Assembly (NCBI GenBank): GCA_963795085.1
Contig: CAWCFX010000004.1
Span: 416,001 to 480,000 of the forward strand
Direction of reading: 5' to 3'
Source: an uncultured Gemmatimonadales bacterium
GTDB taxonomy: Bacteria; Gemmatimonadota; Gemmatimonadetes; Gemmatimonadales; GWC2-71-9
DNA length: 64,000 nt
Positions 1-8,819 of this stretch are shown here, piece by piece (position 1 is the first letter of the stretch; each line of letters opens with the position of its first letter). The translations under genes were made by a program, and so were the position numbers. Below the pieces are notes generated by a model, which searched no databases, was not told where the DNA came from, and saw only the letters and a list, made by a program, of their open reading frames with translations.

Positions 1-1
1 C

Positions 2-307
2 CGCCGCGGCACGCAGACCACGGTATCGGCCCTGATGATCCCGCTCAGCGGCGGCGGGTTCCTGGTGGATACCCCGGGCTTCAGCGAAGTGGGCCTCTGG
101 GGCGTGGTGCCGCGCGAGATGGCGAGCTGCTTTCCCGAGATGCGGGCGCTGATCGACGAGTGCAAATATCCTGACTGCAAGCACCTGATCGAGCCGGGGT
201 GCGCGGTGCTGGCCGCGGTCAAGTCGGGCGACATCGCCCCCGACCGCTGGGAGAGCTATCGGCGGCTGCTGGCAGAGACGGAGGGCGAACCGAAGGAGTG
301 GGAGTAG
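2..307 (+). CDS. rsgA: Ribosome small subunit-dependent GTPase A, C-terminal part (5' truncated by window)
   Basis: Frame from base 2 reads RRGTQTTVSA...LVDTPGF (G2/G3 motifs), followed by the zinc finger CKYPDCKHLIEPGCAV typical of RsgA/EngC. Confidence 0.92.
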   Translation, partial: RRGTQTTVSALMIPLSGGGFLVDTPGFSEVGLWGVVPREMASCFPEMRALIDECKYPDCKHLIEPGCAVLAAVKSGDIAPDRWESYRRLLAETEGEPKEWE

Positions 308-366
308 CCTGTGCAGTCACGGCGGGCTCCATCGTCGTTCCCAGTATCCCTTGACCCCCGACCCAT

Positions 367-1716
367 ATGCCGACCCTTTCCCGGTCTATTCTACCGGCCT
401 TGACTTCCCTTCTGTTGGTGGCCTGCAACGATCCTTCAGCTTCCCGCCTGCCCGGTGACTTCGAGATCCTCCAGGGACCGCCGTTGCGTGCGGCCCCCGG
501 CCTCTTCCTCTTCGACACCCTCACGGTCCGCCTGGTTGACCAGCAGGGACTGCCGATCGGGGGACACGCCGTGGCCTGGGTGGTTCGCCAGGGCGGGGGC
601 AGCGTCGTCCCGCTCCAGGACGAGACCGACGCGGATGGGCGGGCCCGGGCCCGCTGGTCCCTGGGCTCAACCTCCGGCGTCAACCAGCTCGAAGTGAGAA
701 CCATCGATGGAGCGGTTGCCGTGACCTTCCAAATAACCGGCGAGGCATTCCGGGTGGACCAGCTGGATTCCGAGTATGGACTGGCCTGTGGCCTCCTCCA
801 GGGGGACGCCTGGTGCTGGGGACAGGACAGCTGGGTCGAAAGCGAACGAGTGTCCGACCAGCCATCGGACATCTTTGTCCAGGACTTCAACGCCCCCGGC
901 CTCGCGCTCGCGGGCCAGCAGTTGGTCGCGCTGGCCGTTGGCTGGCCGGGGGGGTGCGCGATTGATCTGGCAGGGCTGGTCCGGTGCTTCGCCCCAGGGA
1001 GCCCGCCCTACTCGGCCACGCCGTCGGTCCCGGTGATGCGGCAGCTTGCGGCCGAGCAAAGCGCGTTCTGCGGCGTGACTGTCGCTGATTCCACCGCGTG
1101 GTGCTGGAATTTCATGACCGGGACGGGTTCCCAGGTGCCCGGTTCGCCTGCGTTCCTGGACATTGACGTCTCGACCGGCAATTCGGGGCTGGCGACCTAT
1201 GGATGCGGGCGGCGGGTGGATTCCACGGCCGTCTGCTGGGGTGACGGCCCCCGGGGGAACGGCTCGCTGGTTCCGTCGGATACCATCGCACCGGTGAGTG
1301 GCGGACGGCGTTTCGCCCAGGTGTCGGTGGGGTGGGACTTCGCCTGCGGGCGTCTCGACAATGGCGAGCTCTGGTGCTGGGGCCAGAACGATCTTGGCCA
1401 GCTGGGCAGTCCGGGACAGCCATCCGCCGTGCCGGTCCTGGTGACCACCGGCGTCACCCTCGTAGCGGCCGCGGACCGGACCGGAATTGCGATCAGAAAT
1501 GGCAGCGTCGTGCGGTGGGGAGCGGACCAGTTTGGCTCGGCACTGGGTAGCCACCCCGGTTTGACGGGAATGCCCGTGACGGATTTCGCCGAAAGCGATA
1601 TCTCATGTGCCCGGCTGGCGGACCGGCAGGTGTACTGCTACGACGAGCTGTGGTTCGTATCAAGCAGTTTTGACGTGGACCGATACTCGCCGGTGCAGCC
1701 GGTCGTGGTCCCGTAG
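367..1716 (+). CDS. Lipoprotein with Ig-like N-domain and RCC1-like repeats
   Basis: Lipobox LLLVAC; TDADGRARARWSLG Ig-like motif; repeated C-G...WCWG motifs and GQNDLGQLG. Confidence 0.8.
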   Translation: MPTLSRSILPALTSLLLVACNDPSASRLPGDFEILQGPPLRAAPGLFLFDTLTVRLVDQQGLPIGGHAVAWVVRQGGGSVVPLQDETDADGRARARWSLGSTSGVNQLEVRTIDGAVAVTFQITGEAFRVDQLDSEYGLACGLLQGDAWCWGQDSWVESERVSDQPSDIFVQDFNAPGLALAGQQLVALAVGWPGGCAIDLAGLVRCFAPGSPPYSATPSVPVMRQLAAEQSAFCGVTVADSTAWCWNFMTGTGSQVPGSPAFLDIDVSTGNSGLATYGCGRRVDSTAVCWGDGPRGNGSLVPSDTIAPVSGGRRFAQVSVGWDFACGRLDNGELWCWGQNDLGQLGSPGQPSAVPVLVTTGVTLVAAADRTGIAIRNGSVVRWGADQFGSALGSHPGLTGMPVTDFAESDISCARLADRQVYCYDELWFVSSSFDVDRYSPVQPVVVP

Positions 1717-1742
1717 ATATCCGGCGGGGCCCATGAGGCCCG

Positions 1743-2969
1743 CTACGGCATCCGCCCCGCCTTCTGCAAGGCCTCCACCACGACGCTGCCCGGCAGTCCC
1801 GGGACCCGTACCCCGTCGGAGCCTTCCATCGTCTCCGCCCCCAGCATCGCATTCACCACCGCCTCTTCCGTCGCGTCTATCGTGGCCCGGAAGAGCGGGT
1901 CCATCCGGGAATTGGGCCAGGAGTCGAGGGTGACGACCGAGTCCTGGTTGGCCCGGGAGTTTGCCGTCGAGAAGGCCAGGAAGAGGTCGCCGCTGAAATT
2001 GCTGGCCCAACTGCCCAGCCGGCCCAGCCCCATGCCGACCCGGCGGGTGAGCCGGGCCAGCTGGTGCGGCATCAGCGGTGCATCGGTCGCGACAATAACG
2101 ATGATTGAACTGCGGGCCCGGTCTTCCGCCCCGCGGCCCGGGCGGGTCCCCTGGTCGCCACACCGGGGCAGGCGATTCCACTGCCCACCCGGCAAGGTGT
2201 CGGTCGCCCGGCAGTATTCGTGCTCTGGTGGCGTCGGAATCGGGACCCCAAGGATGTGAAGATCGCCCCCGAAGTTGCACTGCACCAGCACGCCGACGGT
2301 GAACCCGCCCGCGCGGTCGGACAGCTTTCGCGACGAAGTACCGATGCCACCTTTCCAGTCGTTGCATCCCATCCCGGTCCCACCCCCGACGGCCCCCTCT
2401 ACGACGGGCCCGGGCCGGGCGGCGTCGAGCGCCGCATCCACGTGTTCCGGCTTGACGTGCTGTCCGTCCGGGTCGCTCAGGTAGTCGTACGTCTCCGCCA
2501 CCACCGGGTAGGTAAACCCGAACTTGCGGCCATTCCGCAACTGCCACTGGATGGACGCGTCCCGCACCGTCCCGACGCTATGGGTCCCGGTCAGCAGGAT
2601 GGGGCCTTCGAGAAATCCCGATTCGGCGATCCACTGGGTCCCGGTCATGTCGCCGTTGCCGTTGAGGGCGAACGTGGCGGCGAAAACGGGATTCCAGTCT
2701 CCCCGCGGCCGGGTGAGGATGGCCGTCACCCCGGTCCGCACCGGCCCCTGGCCCACGACCAGCTTTCCGGATCCCCGGATAATCGTCGCGTGGCCCACCG
2801 CGATGCCGGCCACATCGGTGATGGCGTTGTGGGGGCCTGGTGTTCCGGGGAACGGAATGCCGAGGTCGCGGCCGCGGGGCCGCGATTGGGCGGAGAGATC
2901 GGCTGGCGCCGGGCCGCCGTGGAGCAGGAGCGCGAACAGGACCAGGGAGCTCAACGGGGCGATTCGCAT
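1743..2969 (-). CDS. Exported P1/S58 (DmpA-like) aminopeptidase
   Basis: GPHNAITDVAGIAVGH, RTGVTAI, EGAVGGGTGM, SIIVIVATDAP, ATEEAVVNAM motifs; start chosen at MRIAP (ATG after AG-rich RBS) with signal peptide. Confidence 0.9.
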   Translation of the reverse strand: MRIAPLSSLVLFALLLHGGPAPADLSAQSRPRGRDLGIPFPGTPGPHNAITDVAGIAVGHATIIRGSGKLVVGQGPVRTGVTAILTRPRGDWNPVFAATFALNGNGDMTGTQWIAESGFLEGPILLTGTHSVGTVRDASIQWQLRNGRKFGFTYPVVAETYDYLSDPDGQHVKPEHVDAALDAARPGPVVEGAVGGGTGMGCNDWKGGIGTSSRKLSDRAGGFTVGVLVQCNFGGDLHILGVPIPTPPEHEYCRATDTLPGGQWNRLPRCGDQGTRPGRGAEDRARSSIIVIVATDAPLMPHQLARLTRRVGMGLGRLGSWASNFSGDLFLAFSTANSRANQDSVVTLDSWPNSRMDPLFRATIDATEEAVVNAMLGAETMEGSDGVRVPGLPGSVVVEALQKAGRMP

Positions 2970-3272
2970 GGCTCTCTCTTTGCTGGGGGCCCCCCCCGAG
3001 AAGAATATCGGCGGCGGTGGCTGGAGTAGTGGCATCAGAAAAACTGGAGACGCTCACGAATAAATGCGGGTTGGGGACGCTGCAGCGCCATCCCGTTGCT
3101 GCCGGGCGAGAACGGATGCAACTGCCGTTCCTCATCCGGGCGTGCTCCGCGCCGGCCGTGGTGACGGCGGAGCGAGACCGGTGAACGGTACTTGGAGACG
3201 GGTTGCCGTGAGCAGGGCCGCACCGGTCACCCGGCCGGGCACGCCACCCGGCTCATCGGCGCCCGGTTCAGG

Positions 3273-3593
3273 TCAGGAGGGCCGCCGGGTCCAGCGGTCG
3301 GCATCGCGGTGCTCGACTTTGTGCATCATCCGGTCGAACGCCTCCTGCAGGTCGATCCCCTCCCGGTTCGCCATGCAGATCAAGACGAAGAGAATGTCGG
3401 CCATCTCCATTCCCAGGTCTCCCTCCGCCTCCTCTTTTTTCTTTGTCTTCTGGCCAAAACGGTGATTGACTTCCCGCGCCAGTTCACCCACTTCCTCCGC
3501 CAGCCGGGCGACGTTGGTCAACGGGTGGAAGTAACCTTCCTCGAACTGTCCGACCCAGTGATCGACCCGGGTTTGGGCATCGCGCAGGGACAT
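3273..3593 (-). CDS. MazG-like nucleotide pyrophosphohydrolase (YpjD family)
   Basis: RLAEEVGELAREVNH...EMADILFVLICMANREGIDL. Confidence 0.9.
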   Translation of the reverse strand: MSLRDAQTRVDHWVGQFEEGYFHPLTNVARLAEEVGELAREVNHRFGQKTKKKEEAEGDLGMEMADILFVLICMANREGIDLQEAFDRMMHKVEHRDADRWTRRPS

Positions 3594-3601
3594 GGGGATA
3601 C

Positions 3602-3629
3602 CAGGGGCAAGGGGGCAAGAGGGCAGGGC
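3602..3629. repeat. Short G-rich ~8-nt tandem repeat (GGGGCAAG-like)
   Basis: cAGGGGCAAGGGGGCAAGAGGGCAGGGC; nearly identical to the reverse complement of 25511-25534. Confidence 0.6.
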
Positions 3630-3641
3630 TGGAACTTTCCG

Positions 3642-4205
3642 CTAGCGGTCCGCGCGCTTCCTTGCCACCGCCGGGGCTGGACGCTTCGCCTCGCCGAACG
3701 CCTGCACATACGCACGCATGAAGTCGGCCAGGTCGGCGACCCGGCGGGCCGAGATCAGGTTGCCGTCCACCACCACCGGTTTGTCCTCCCAGGTGAGCCC
3801 GGCGTTGACGACGTCGTCCCTGATGGCCGGCACACTGGTGCCCCGCCTGCCCTTGAGAATACCGGCCGAGATGGGCACCCAGCCGGCATGGCAGATGAAG
3901 CCAAGCGGCTTCCCCGCCGTGAAGATTTCCCGGGTGATGGCGAGCAGCTTCTCCGACCGGCGCATGACGTCGGGCGCGTAGCCGCCTGGAATAATGAGCC
4001 CGTCGAAGTCCCTGCTGTTCACCCGGGCTACGTCGGTATCGACGGTTATGGGATACCCGTGCTTCCCCTGGTACGTGGATTCGCCGGTTCCGGCGACCAC
4101 CGTCCTGGCTCCTTCCTCTTCCAGGCGGATCTTCGGATACCAGAGTTCCAGGTCCTCGTACAGGGGCCCGGCGAAGATCAGGATGGTCTTTCCCTTGAGT
4201 GACAT
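3642..4205 (-). CDS. PfpI/DJ-1 family (class I glutamine amidotransferase-like) protein
   Basis: YEDLELWYP, FDGLIIPGGYAPD, ICHAGW nucleophile elbow, VVVDGNLISAR. Confidence 0.92.
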   Translation of the reverse strand: MSLKGKTILIFAGPLYEDLELWYPKIRLEEEGARTVVAGTGESTYQGKHGYPITVDTDVARVNSRDFDGLIIPGGYAPDVMRRSEKLLAITREIFTAGKPLGFICHAGWVPISAGILKGRRGTSVPAIRDDVVNAGLTWEDKPVVVDGNLISARRVADLADFMRAYVQAFGEAKRPAPAVARKRADR

Positions 4206-4312
4206 GGCGGCCCGTTTCCTTAAGCAGCGGAAGGGTGTAAGCTACATGCGATTCCCCACGATCAAAGAGGGGCGCCGGAACGGCCCCGGTCCACCATCCA
4301 CGTCGAGTCCCA

Positions 4313-4561
4313 TTGCGCGCCAGGGAACGAATCCTCGAGAACCTCGAGTCCATCTACCGCGAAGGATACGACCGGGCCCGGCAAGATGGCCAGGATGCCC
4401 GGATGTCCGATCTCGAGAACGCCTATATGCGGGACCAGCTCATGCTGGAGATTCTCCTCGACATCCGGGACCTCTTCTCGGTTACGCCAGCGGCGCCCAC
4501 CTCCGGCTCCAGCGCCCTGGAAAAACTCGAAGCCATCCGCCGGCTCACCCGGTTCCGCTAA
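4313..4561 (+). CDS. Small helical hypothetical protein
   Basis: 82-aa ORF (TTG start) with GC3-rich codons; TAA stop overlaps the ATG of the next gene. Confidence 0.7.
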   Translation: MRARERILENLESIYREGYDRARQDGQDARMSDLENAYMRDQLMLEILLDIRDLFSVTPAAPTSGSSALEKLEAIRRLTRFR

Positions 4562-6216
4562 TGCGCTTTCGTCTCTTCGCCCTGCTGCTCGGCGCTTTCC
4601 CGGCCTGCGCCCAGGCCCCTTCGGCCGACCTCGTCGTTTTCGGCCGGGTCTGGACCGGCAACCCAGACCAGCCCTGGGCCGGCGCGGTGGCCGTCCGCGG
4701 CGATACGATCATCGCCGTCGGCGACAGCGCCGACCTCGCTGAGTACGTCGGCACCCAGACCCGACGGGTGGATAATGGCGCCGCCATGGTGGTCCCCGGC
4801 TTCATGGACGGCCATCTCCATTTCCTGAGCGGAGGCTACCAGCTCTCCAGCGTGGACCTCCGGATGAGCAGTACCCCGGCCGAGTTCATCGCGACGCTCA
4901 AGGCTTTTGCCGCGGAGCGGCGGCCCGGCGAGTGGATCCTGGGCGGCGACTGGGACCACGAACGGTGGGAAGGCGCGCCTCTTCCCAGGGCCGACTGGAT
5001 CGACTCCGTCACCCCGAACAACCCTGTCTTCGTGAGCCGCCTCGACGGTCACATGGCCCTGGCCAACAGCGCCGCGCTCCGGGCCGGGGGCATCACCCGC
5101 GGCACGGCCGACATTCCCGGTGGCGTCATCGTGCGCGATCCCAACGGGTCGCCCACCGGCGTGCTCAAGGACGAGGCCATGTCCCCGGTCTACGGCGTGG
5201 TGCCGGTCACCAGCGCGGAGCAGGACGATGCGGCGCTCACCCGTGCGATGGCCTTCGCCGCCTCCAAGGGGGTGACCGCCGCCGCCATGGTAAGCTCCCC
5301 CTGGAATGAACTGGCCGCCCTGGAGCGGGCCCGCAAGGCCGGCCGGCTCACGATCCGGGCCACGGTGTTCCCCCCCCTGTCGACTTGGCGGGCCGTTGCG
5401 GACTCGATGAAAGCCCGGGGCGGCCCCGGCGATGACTGGATCCGGCTGGCCGGTGTGAAAGGATATGTGGACGGCTCCCTGGGATCGAGCACTGCGCTCT
5501 TCTACGCCGCCTACAACGACGAACCCTCGACCCGCGGCATCTTCGTCACCCCCGAGGACTCGCTCCGGGCCCAGATCGGCGGCGCCGACTCGGCCGGCCT
5601 CCAGGTCGTGGTCCACGCCATCGGCGAGCGCGCCAACGGCGTCCTGCTCGACATCTTCGACAGCGTTGCCCGGGCGCACGGACCCCGCGACCGTCGTTTC
5701 CGGATCGAGCACGCCCAGCACCTCCGGCAGCAGGACATCAGCCGGATCGCCGCGCAGGGGGTCATCGCCTCGATGCAGCCGTACCATATCATCGACGACG
5801 GCCGCTGGGCTGAGAAGCGGATCGGGCCCGACCGGATCCGGACCACTTATGCGTTCCGGTCGCTGATCGACCAGGGCGCCCATCTCGCCTTCGGGTCCGA
5901 CTGGACGGTCGCACCGATCGATCCGGTGCTTGGCGTCTATTCCGCGATCACCCGGCGGACCCTCGATGGCAAACACCCGGAGGGGTGGGTGCCTGACCAG
6001 GCGATCACCCTGGACGAAACGCTCCGGTCGTACACTGCTGAAAACGCCTACGGGGTCTTCGCCGAACGGCGGCGGGGTATGCTCAAGCCGGGCTACCTGG
6101 CCGACCTGGTGCTCCTGTCGGAGGACCTGCGCCGGGTGGAACCCCCCGCGCTCGGAGAGGTAACCGTGCGGGCCACTATCGTAGGTGGCCAGGTCATCTA
6201 TCAGTCGCCGGAGTGA
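4561..6216 (+). CDS. Exported metal-dependent amidohydrolase (YtcJ/Amidohydro_3 family)
   Basis: PGFMDGHLH, HMALANSAAL, KGYVDGSLGS, HAIGERA, RIEHAQH, FGSDWTV; signal/lipobox at MRFRLFALLLGAFPAC. Confidence 0.92.
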   Translation: MRFRLFALLLGAFPACAQAPSADLVVFGRVWTGNPDQPWAGAVAVRGDTIIAVGDSADLAEYVGTQTRRVDNGAAMVVPGFMDGHLHFLSGGYQLSSVDLRMSSTPAEFIATLKAFAAERRPGEWILGGDWDHERWEGAPLPRADWIDSVTPNNPVFVSRLDGHMALANSAALRAGGITRGTADIPGGVIVRDPNGSPTGVLKDEAMSPVYGVVPVTSAEQDDAALTRAMAFAASKGVTAAAMVSSPWNELAALERARKAGRLTIRATVFPPLSTWRAVADSMKARGGPGDDWIRLAGVKGYVDGSLGSSTALFYAAYNDEPSTRGIFVTPEDSLRAQIGGADSAGLQVVVHAIGERANGVLLDIFDSVARAHGPRDRRFRIEHAQHLRQQDISRIAAQGVIASMQPYHIIDDGRWAEKRIGPDRIRTTYAFRSLIDQGAHLAFGSDWTVAPIDPVLGVYSAITRRTLDGKHPEGWVPDQAITLDETLRSYTAENAYGVFAERRRGMLKPGYLADLVLLSEDLRRVEPPALGEVTVRATIVGGQVIYQSPE

Positions 6217-7322
6217 TGATGCCGCGCCTTACCCTGCTTGCCCTGTTCGCCCTGGCCGGTTGTACCCCCAGCCAGGATCCTCTCGTCATCGGACTGGCGG
6301 GCCCCTTCAACCAGCCCCGCGGCGAATCCATGCGGCTGGCCGCCGAACTGGCCGCGAACGAGATCAACGCCGCCGGAGGGATCGGCGGCCGTCGGATTGA
6401 GCTGGCCATTCGCGACGACAGCGCCAACAGCGACGCCGCCATCCGCGCGGCCCAGTCATTCTACGACGATGCCCGGGTCGTGGCCGTCGTGGGCCACCTG
6501 ACCAGCGGCGCGACACTGGCCGCGGCGCCCATCTACAACGGCGGGGAGCGCCCGCTGGTCGAGATCTCCCCCTCCGCCTCGAGTCCCCTGGTGTCCGGGG
6601 CGGGGCCGTGGACATTCCGGGTCTGTCCTGCCGAGGAAACCCATGGCGCCCGGCTGGCCGACTGGGCCTGGAACAACATGGGACTGCGGCAGGTCGCGAT
6701 CCTCTACGAGAACACCGACTATGGCCGCGGCGTCCGGGGCGCCTTTGCGGAGCACTTCCGCCGCCTGGGCGGCCGGGTCGCGACCCAGGACCCCTACCTG
6801 GTCGGCGCGCCCGAGGTCACGCCCTATCTGGCGCGGCTGCAAACCATGTCCGGCGTGGATGCCGTCATGCTGGCCGGCTCCCGGGCCGAGGGCGAGGCGA
6901 TCACTGCCAGCATGAGCCGGATGGGCATTCGGTCGCCGGTGCTTGCCGGTGACGGCATGGTGGGACTCGAACGCGCGGAAACGGCGCCGGGGAACCTGGT
7001 CATCAGCATGATGTACCTCCCCGACCAGCCGGGAGAAAAGAACCGGGCCTTCGTGGCCGCCTACCAGGCCGCCTATGGCGACCGGCTCCCCGATCATCGG
7101 GGCGCCTCCGCCTATGACATCATGTACTTGCTCGCTGAAGGGTTCCGGAGCGGCGCCACCAGCAGGGAGGGGGTCAGGAAATTCCTTAGCGGCGTGGGTA
7201 CGAGCGGGCCCCCCTTTGAAGGTGTCACCGGCACCATCGCGTTCGACGAGAACGGCGACGTGCCCGGCAAGCCGGTGGTGGTAGGGACCGCGCAAAGCGG
7301 AAGGCTGGTATCGGCCCGCTAA
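6216..7322 (+). CDS. Branched-chain amino acid-type (LivJ-like) periplasmic binding lipoprotein
   Basis: Lipobox ALAGC; AANEINAAGGIGGRRIEL..RDD; FRVCP; FEGVTGTIAFDENGD. Confidence 0.88.
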   Translation: MMPRLTLLALFALAGCTPSQDPLVIGLAGPFNQPRGESMRLAAELAANEINAAGGIGGRRIELAIRDDSANSDAAIRAAQSFYDDARVVAVVGHLTSGATLAAAPIYNGGERPLVEISPSASSPLVSGAGPWTFRVCPAEETHGARLADWAWNNMGLRQVAILYENTDYGRGVRGAFAEHFRRLGGRVATQDPYLVGAPEVTPYLARLQTMSGVDAVMLAGSRAEGEAITASMSRMGIRSPVLAGDGMVGLERAETAPGNLVISMMYLPDQPGEKNRAFVAAYQAAYGDRLPDHRGASAYDIMYLLAEGFRSGATSREGVRKFLSGVGTSGPPFEGVTGTIAFDENGDVPGKPVVVGTAQSGRLVSAR

Positions 7323-7429
7323 GCCGCCGGCCCCTAGCGGAATCGAGGTTCCCGCCGCAGACTATTCCCATCTCCGCCGGTTGTTCAACTCGGAATGGCA
7401 GATGGCATATGGCCGACGTTCAACGGCTC

Positions 7430-7603
7430 ATGGCTGCAAGCGTGCGCGCGCTGGGAAGCCTGGCGGTTGTCGCGCTCCTCGCGTCGTTCTCTCCGCCCCC
7501 GGCCGCGGCGCAGCGGGTCCGGCTGGTGGTCCCGATGGCCGAGCTCGAATTCCAGATCGCCCAGGTGCGGGCCACACTCGACTCCCTGCCGGCCGTGCCA
7601 TGA
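7430..7603 (+). pseudogene. Mini-ORF; probable internally deleted paralog of the downstream TPR protein
   Basis: Signal peptide + AAAQRVRLVVPMAELE joined to FQIAQVRATLDSLPAVP, mirroring the N- and C-termini of 7600-8802; ATGA overlap with that gene. Confidence 0.5.
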
Positions 7604-8802
7604 TCCTCAACTGTACACGTCCGCGCGGGCGTCTCTGGCTGCTGGCCGCGCTGGCCACCGGGTGGGCCCCGCAGGTGGCGGCTCAACGTCCGCTGCCCAT
7701 CGAGGAACTCCGGCGCCGTGCGGTGGCCGATTCCAACGATCCGATGGCCCACTACCAGCTCGCCATGGGGTACTGGGAAAAGAAGAAATGGGACGAAGCC
7801 GAGGCCGCCTTGCGCGAGTCCCTCGCGCTGGCACCCCAGTTTGCCGACGGGCTGCTGGCCCTCGCCGTGCTGCCCGAGATGCGCGGCGAACGGTACTGGC
7901 GCAGGTTCGCGGAGCAACGGGGCCGGGCGGCGGCCGATTCGGTCATCCAGGCCAATACCCGGCTGGTGCAGCGGGCCTTTCTCAATAACCCACTCCTCGA
8001 CCTCCGGATTCTTGGCCGTTTCGAAGCCCCCACCTTCGCGATCGCGCCGGGGTTGGTGCTGCGGTTCTGGTGGATGCACGATTTTCATCGGGGGGTGAAC
8101 GACCTGCGGGAATCGAAGAACGCGGAGGCGTACGAGCGATTCGAGAAGATCCTGGCCGACCGCCGGGTCAGCGCCGACCGGATGGACGTGCCCGGCTTCA
8201 TCCTGTGGCATCACGGCCAGGCCGCGGTCCGCACCGGCCACCTGGACCAGGCCATCCAGGACTTTGCGATCCTTACCGGCCGGGCCTTCAGCGCGGAAGA
8301 GATGAATGCGAGCCTGTCGGTCCCCATCCAGACCAACGACTACCGGTTTACCCTGGCCACGCTCTACCTCATGGCCGGACGGCTGGACGAGGCGGCGGCG
8401 ACCTTCCGTCGGGTGCTGGAGTTCGATATCGGCGTGTACCAGGCCCACATGCAGCTGGCCCGTATCTACGAGACCCGGCAGATGTGGGCACCCGCCATCG
8501 CCGCACGCCGCGACGCGATCGCCGTGAATCCGGATGACACGTCCCTCCTGATTGACCTCGGCCTGACCCTGGCCCGGGCCGGCAGGCTGGACGAAGCCAT
8601 GGAGGAACTGACGCTCGCAGCCGAGGAGCGGGCCCGCGATCCCCGCGCCGCCTATACTCTCGGCCTGGTAGCCCTGCAGCGGCAGGACCGTGCGACGGCC
8701 CGCCAGGAGTTTGCCCGCTTTCTGAGCCTGGTGCCCAGCACCGAGTCCTTCCAGATCGGCGAAGCGAAAAAGCGCCTGGCCGAGCTGGAGACGTCTCCCT
8801 GA
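7600..8802 (+). CDS. Exported tetratricopeptide-repeat protein
   Basis: Signal peptide ending VAAQ; multiple TPR helices (AHYQLAMGYW, AHMQLARIYE, LGLTLARAGRLDEA). Confidence 0.85.
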   Translation: MILNCTRPRGRLWLLAALATGWAPQVAAQRPLPIEELRRRAVADSNDPMAHYQLAMGYWEKKKWDEAEAALRESLALAPQFADGLLALAVLPEMRGERYWRRFAEQRGRAAADSVIQANTRLVQRAFLNNPLLDLRILGRFEAPTFAIAPGLVLRFWWMHDFHRGVNDLRESKNAEAYERFEKILADRRVSADRMDVPGFILWHHGQAAVRTGHLDQAIQDFAILTGRAFSAEEMNASLSVPIQTNDYRFTLATLYLMAGRLDEAAATFRRVLEFDIGVYQAHMQLARIYETRQMWAPAIAARRDAIAVNPDDTSLLIDLGLTLARAGRLDEAMEELTLAAEERARDPRAAYTLGLVALQRQDRATARQEFARFLSLVPSTESFQIGEAKKRLAELETSP

Positions 8803-8819
8803 GTTTCCAAGGAGCAACC

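Noticed and set aside
2095..2115. Inactivated P1 peptidase (S-SII instead of G-SII at the autoprocessing site)
   Set aside because: The nucleophilic Ser is retained and the preceding residue is known to vary in this family
3994..4560. N-terminal extension of the amidohydrolase ORF (likewise the 40396, 51173 and 7381 starts)
   Set aside because: Extensions overlap other credible genes; the true starts are at the signal peptide or kinase N-terminus
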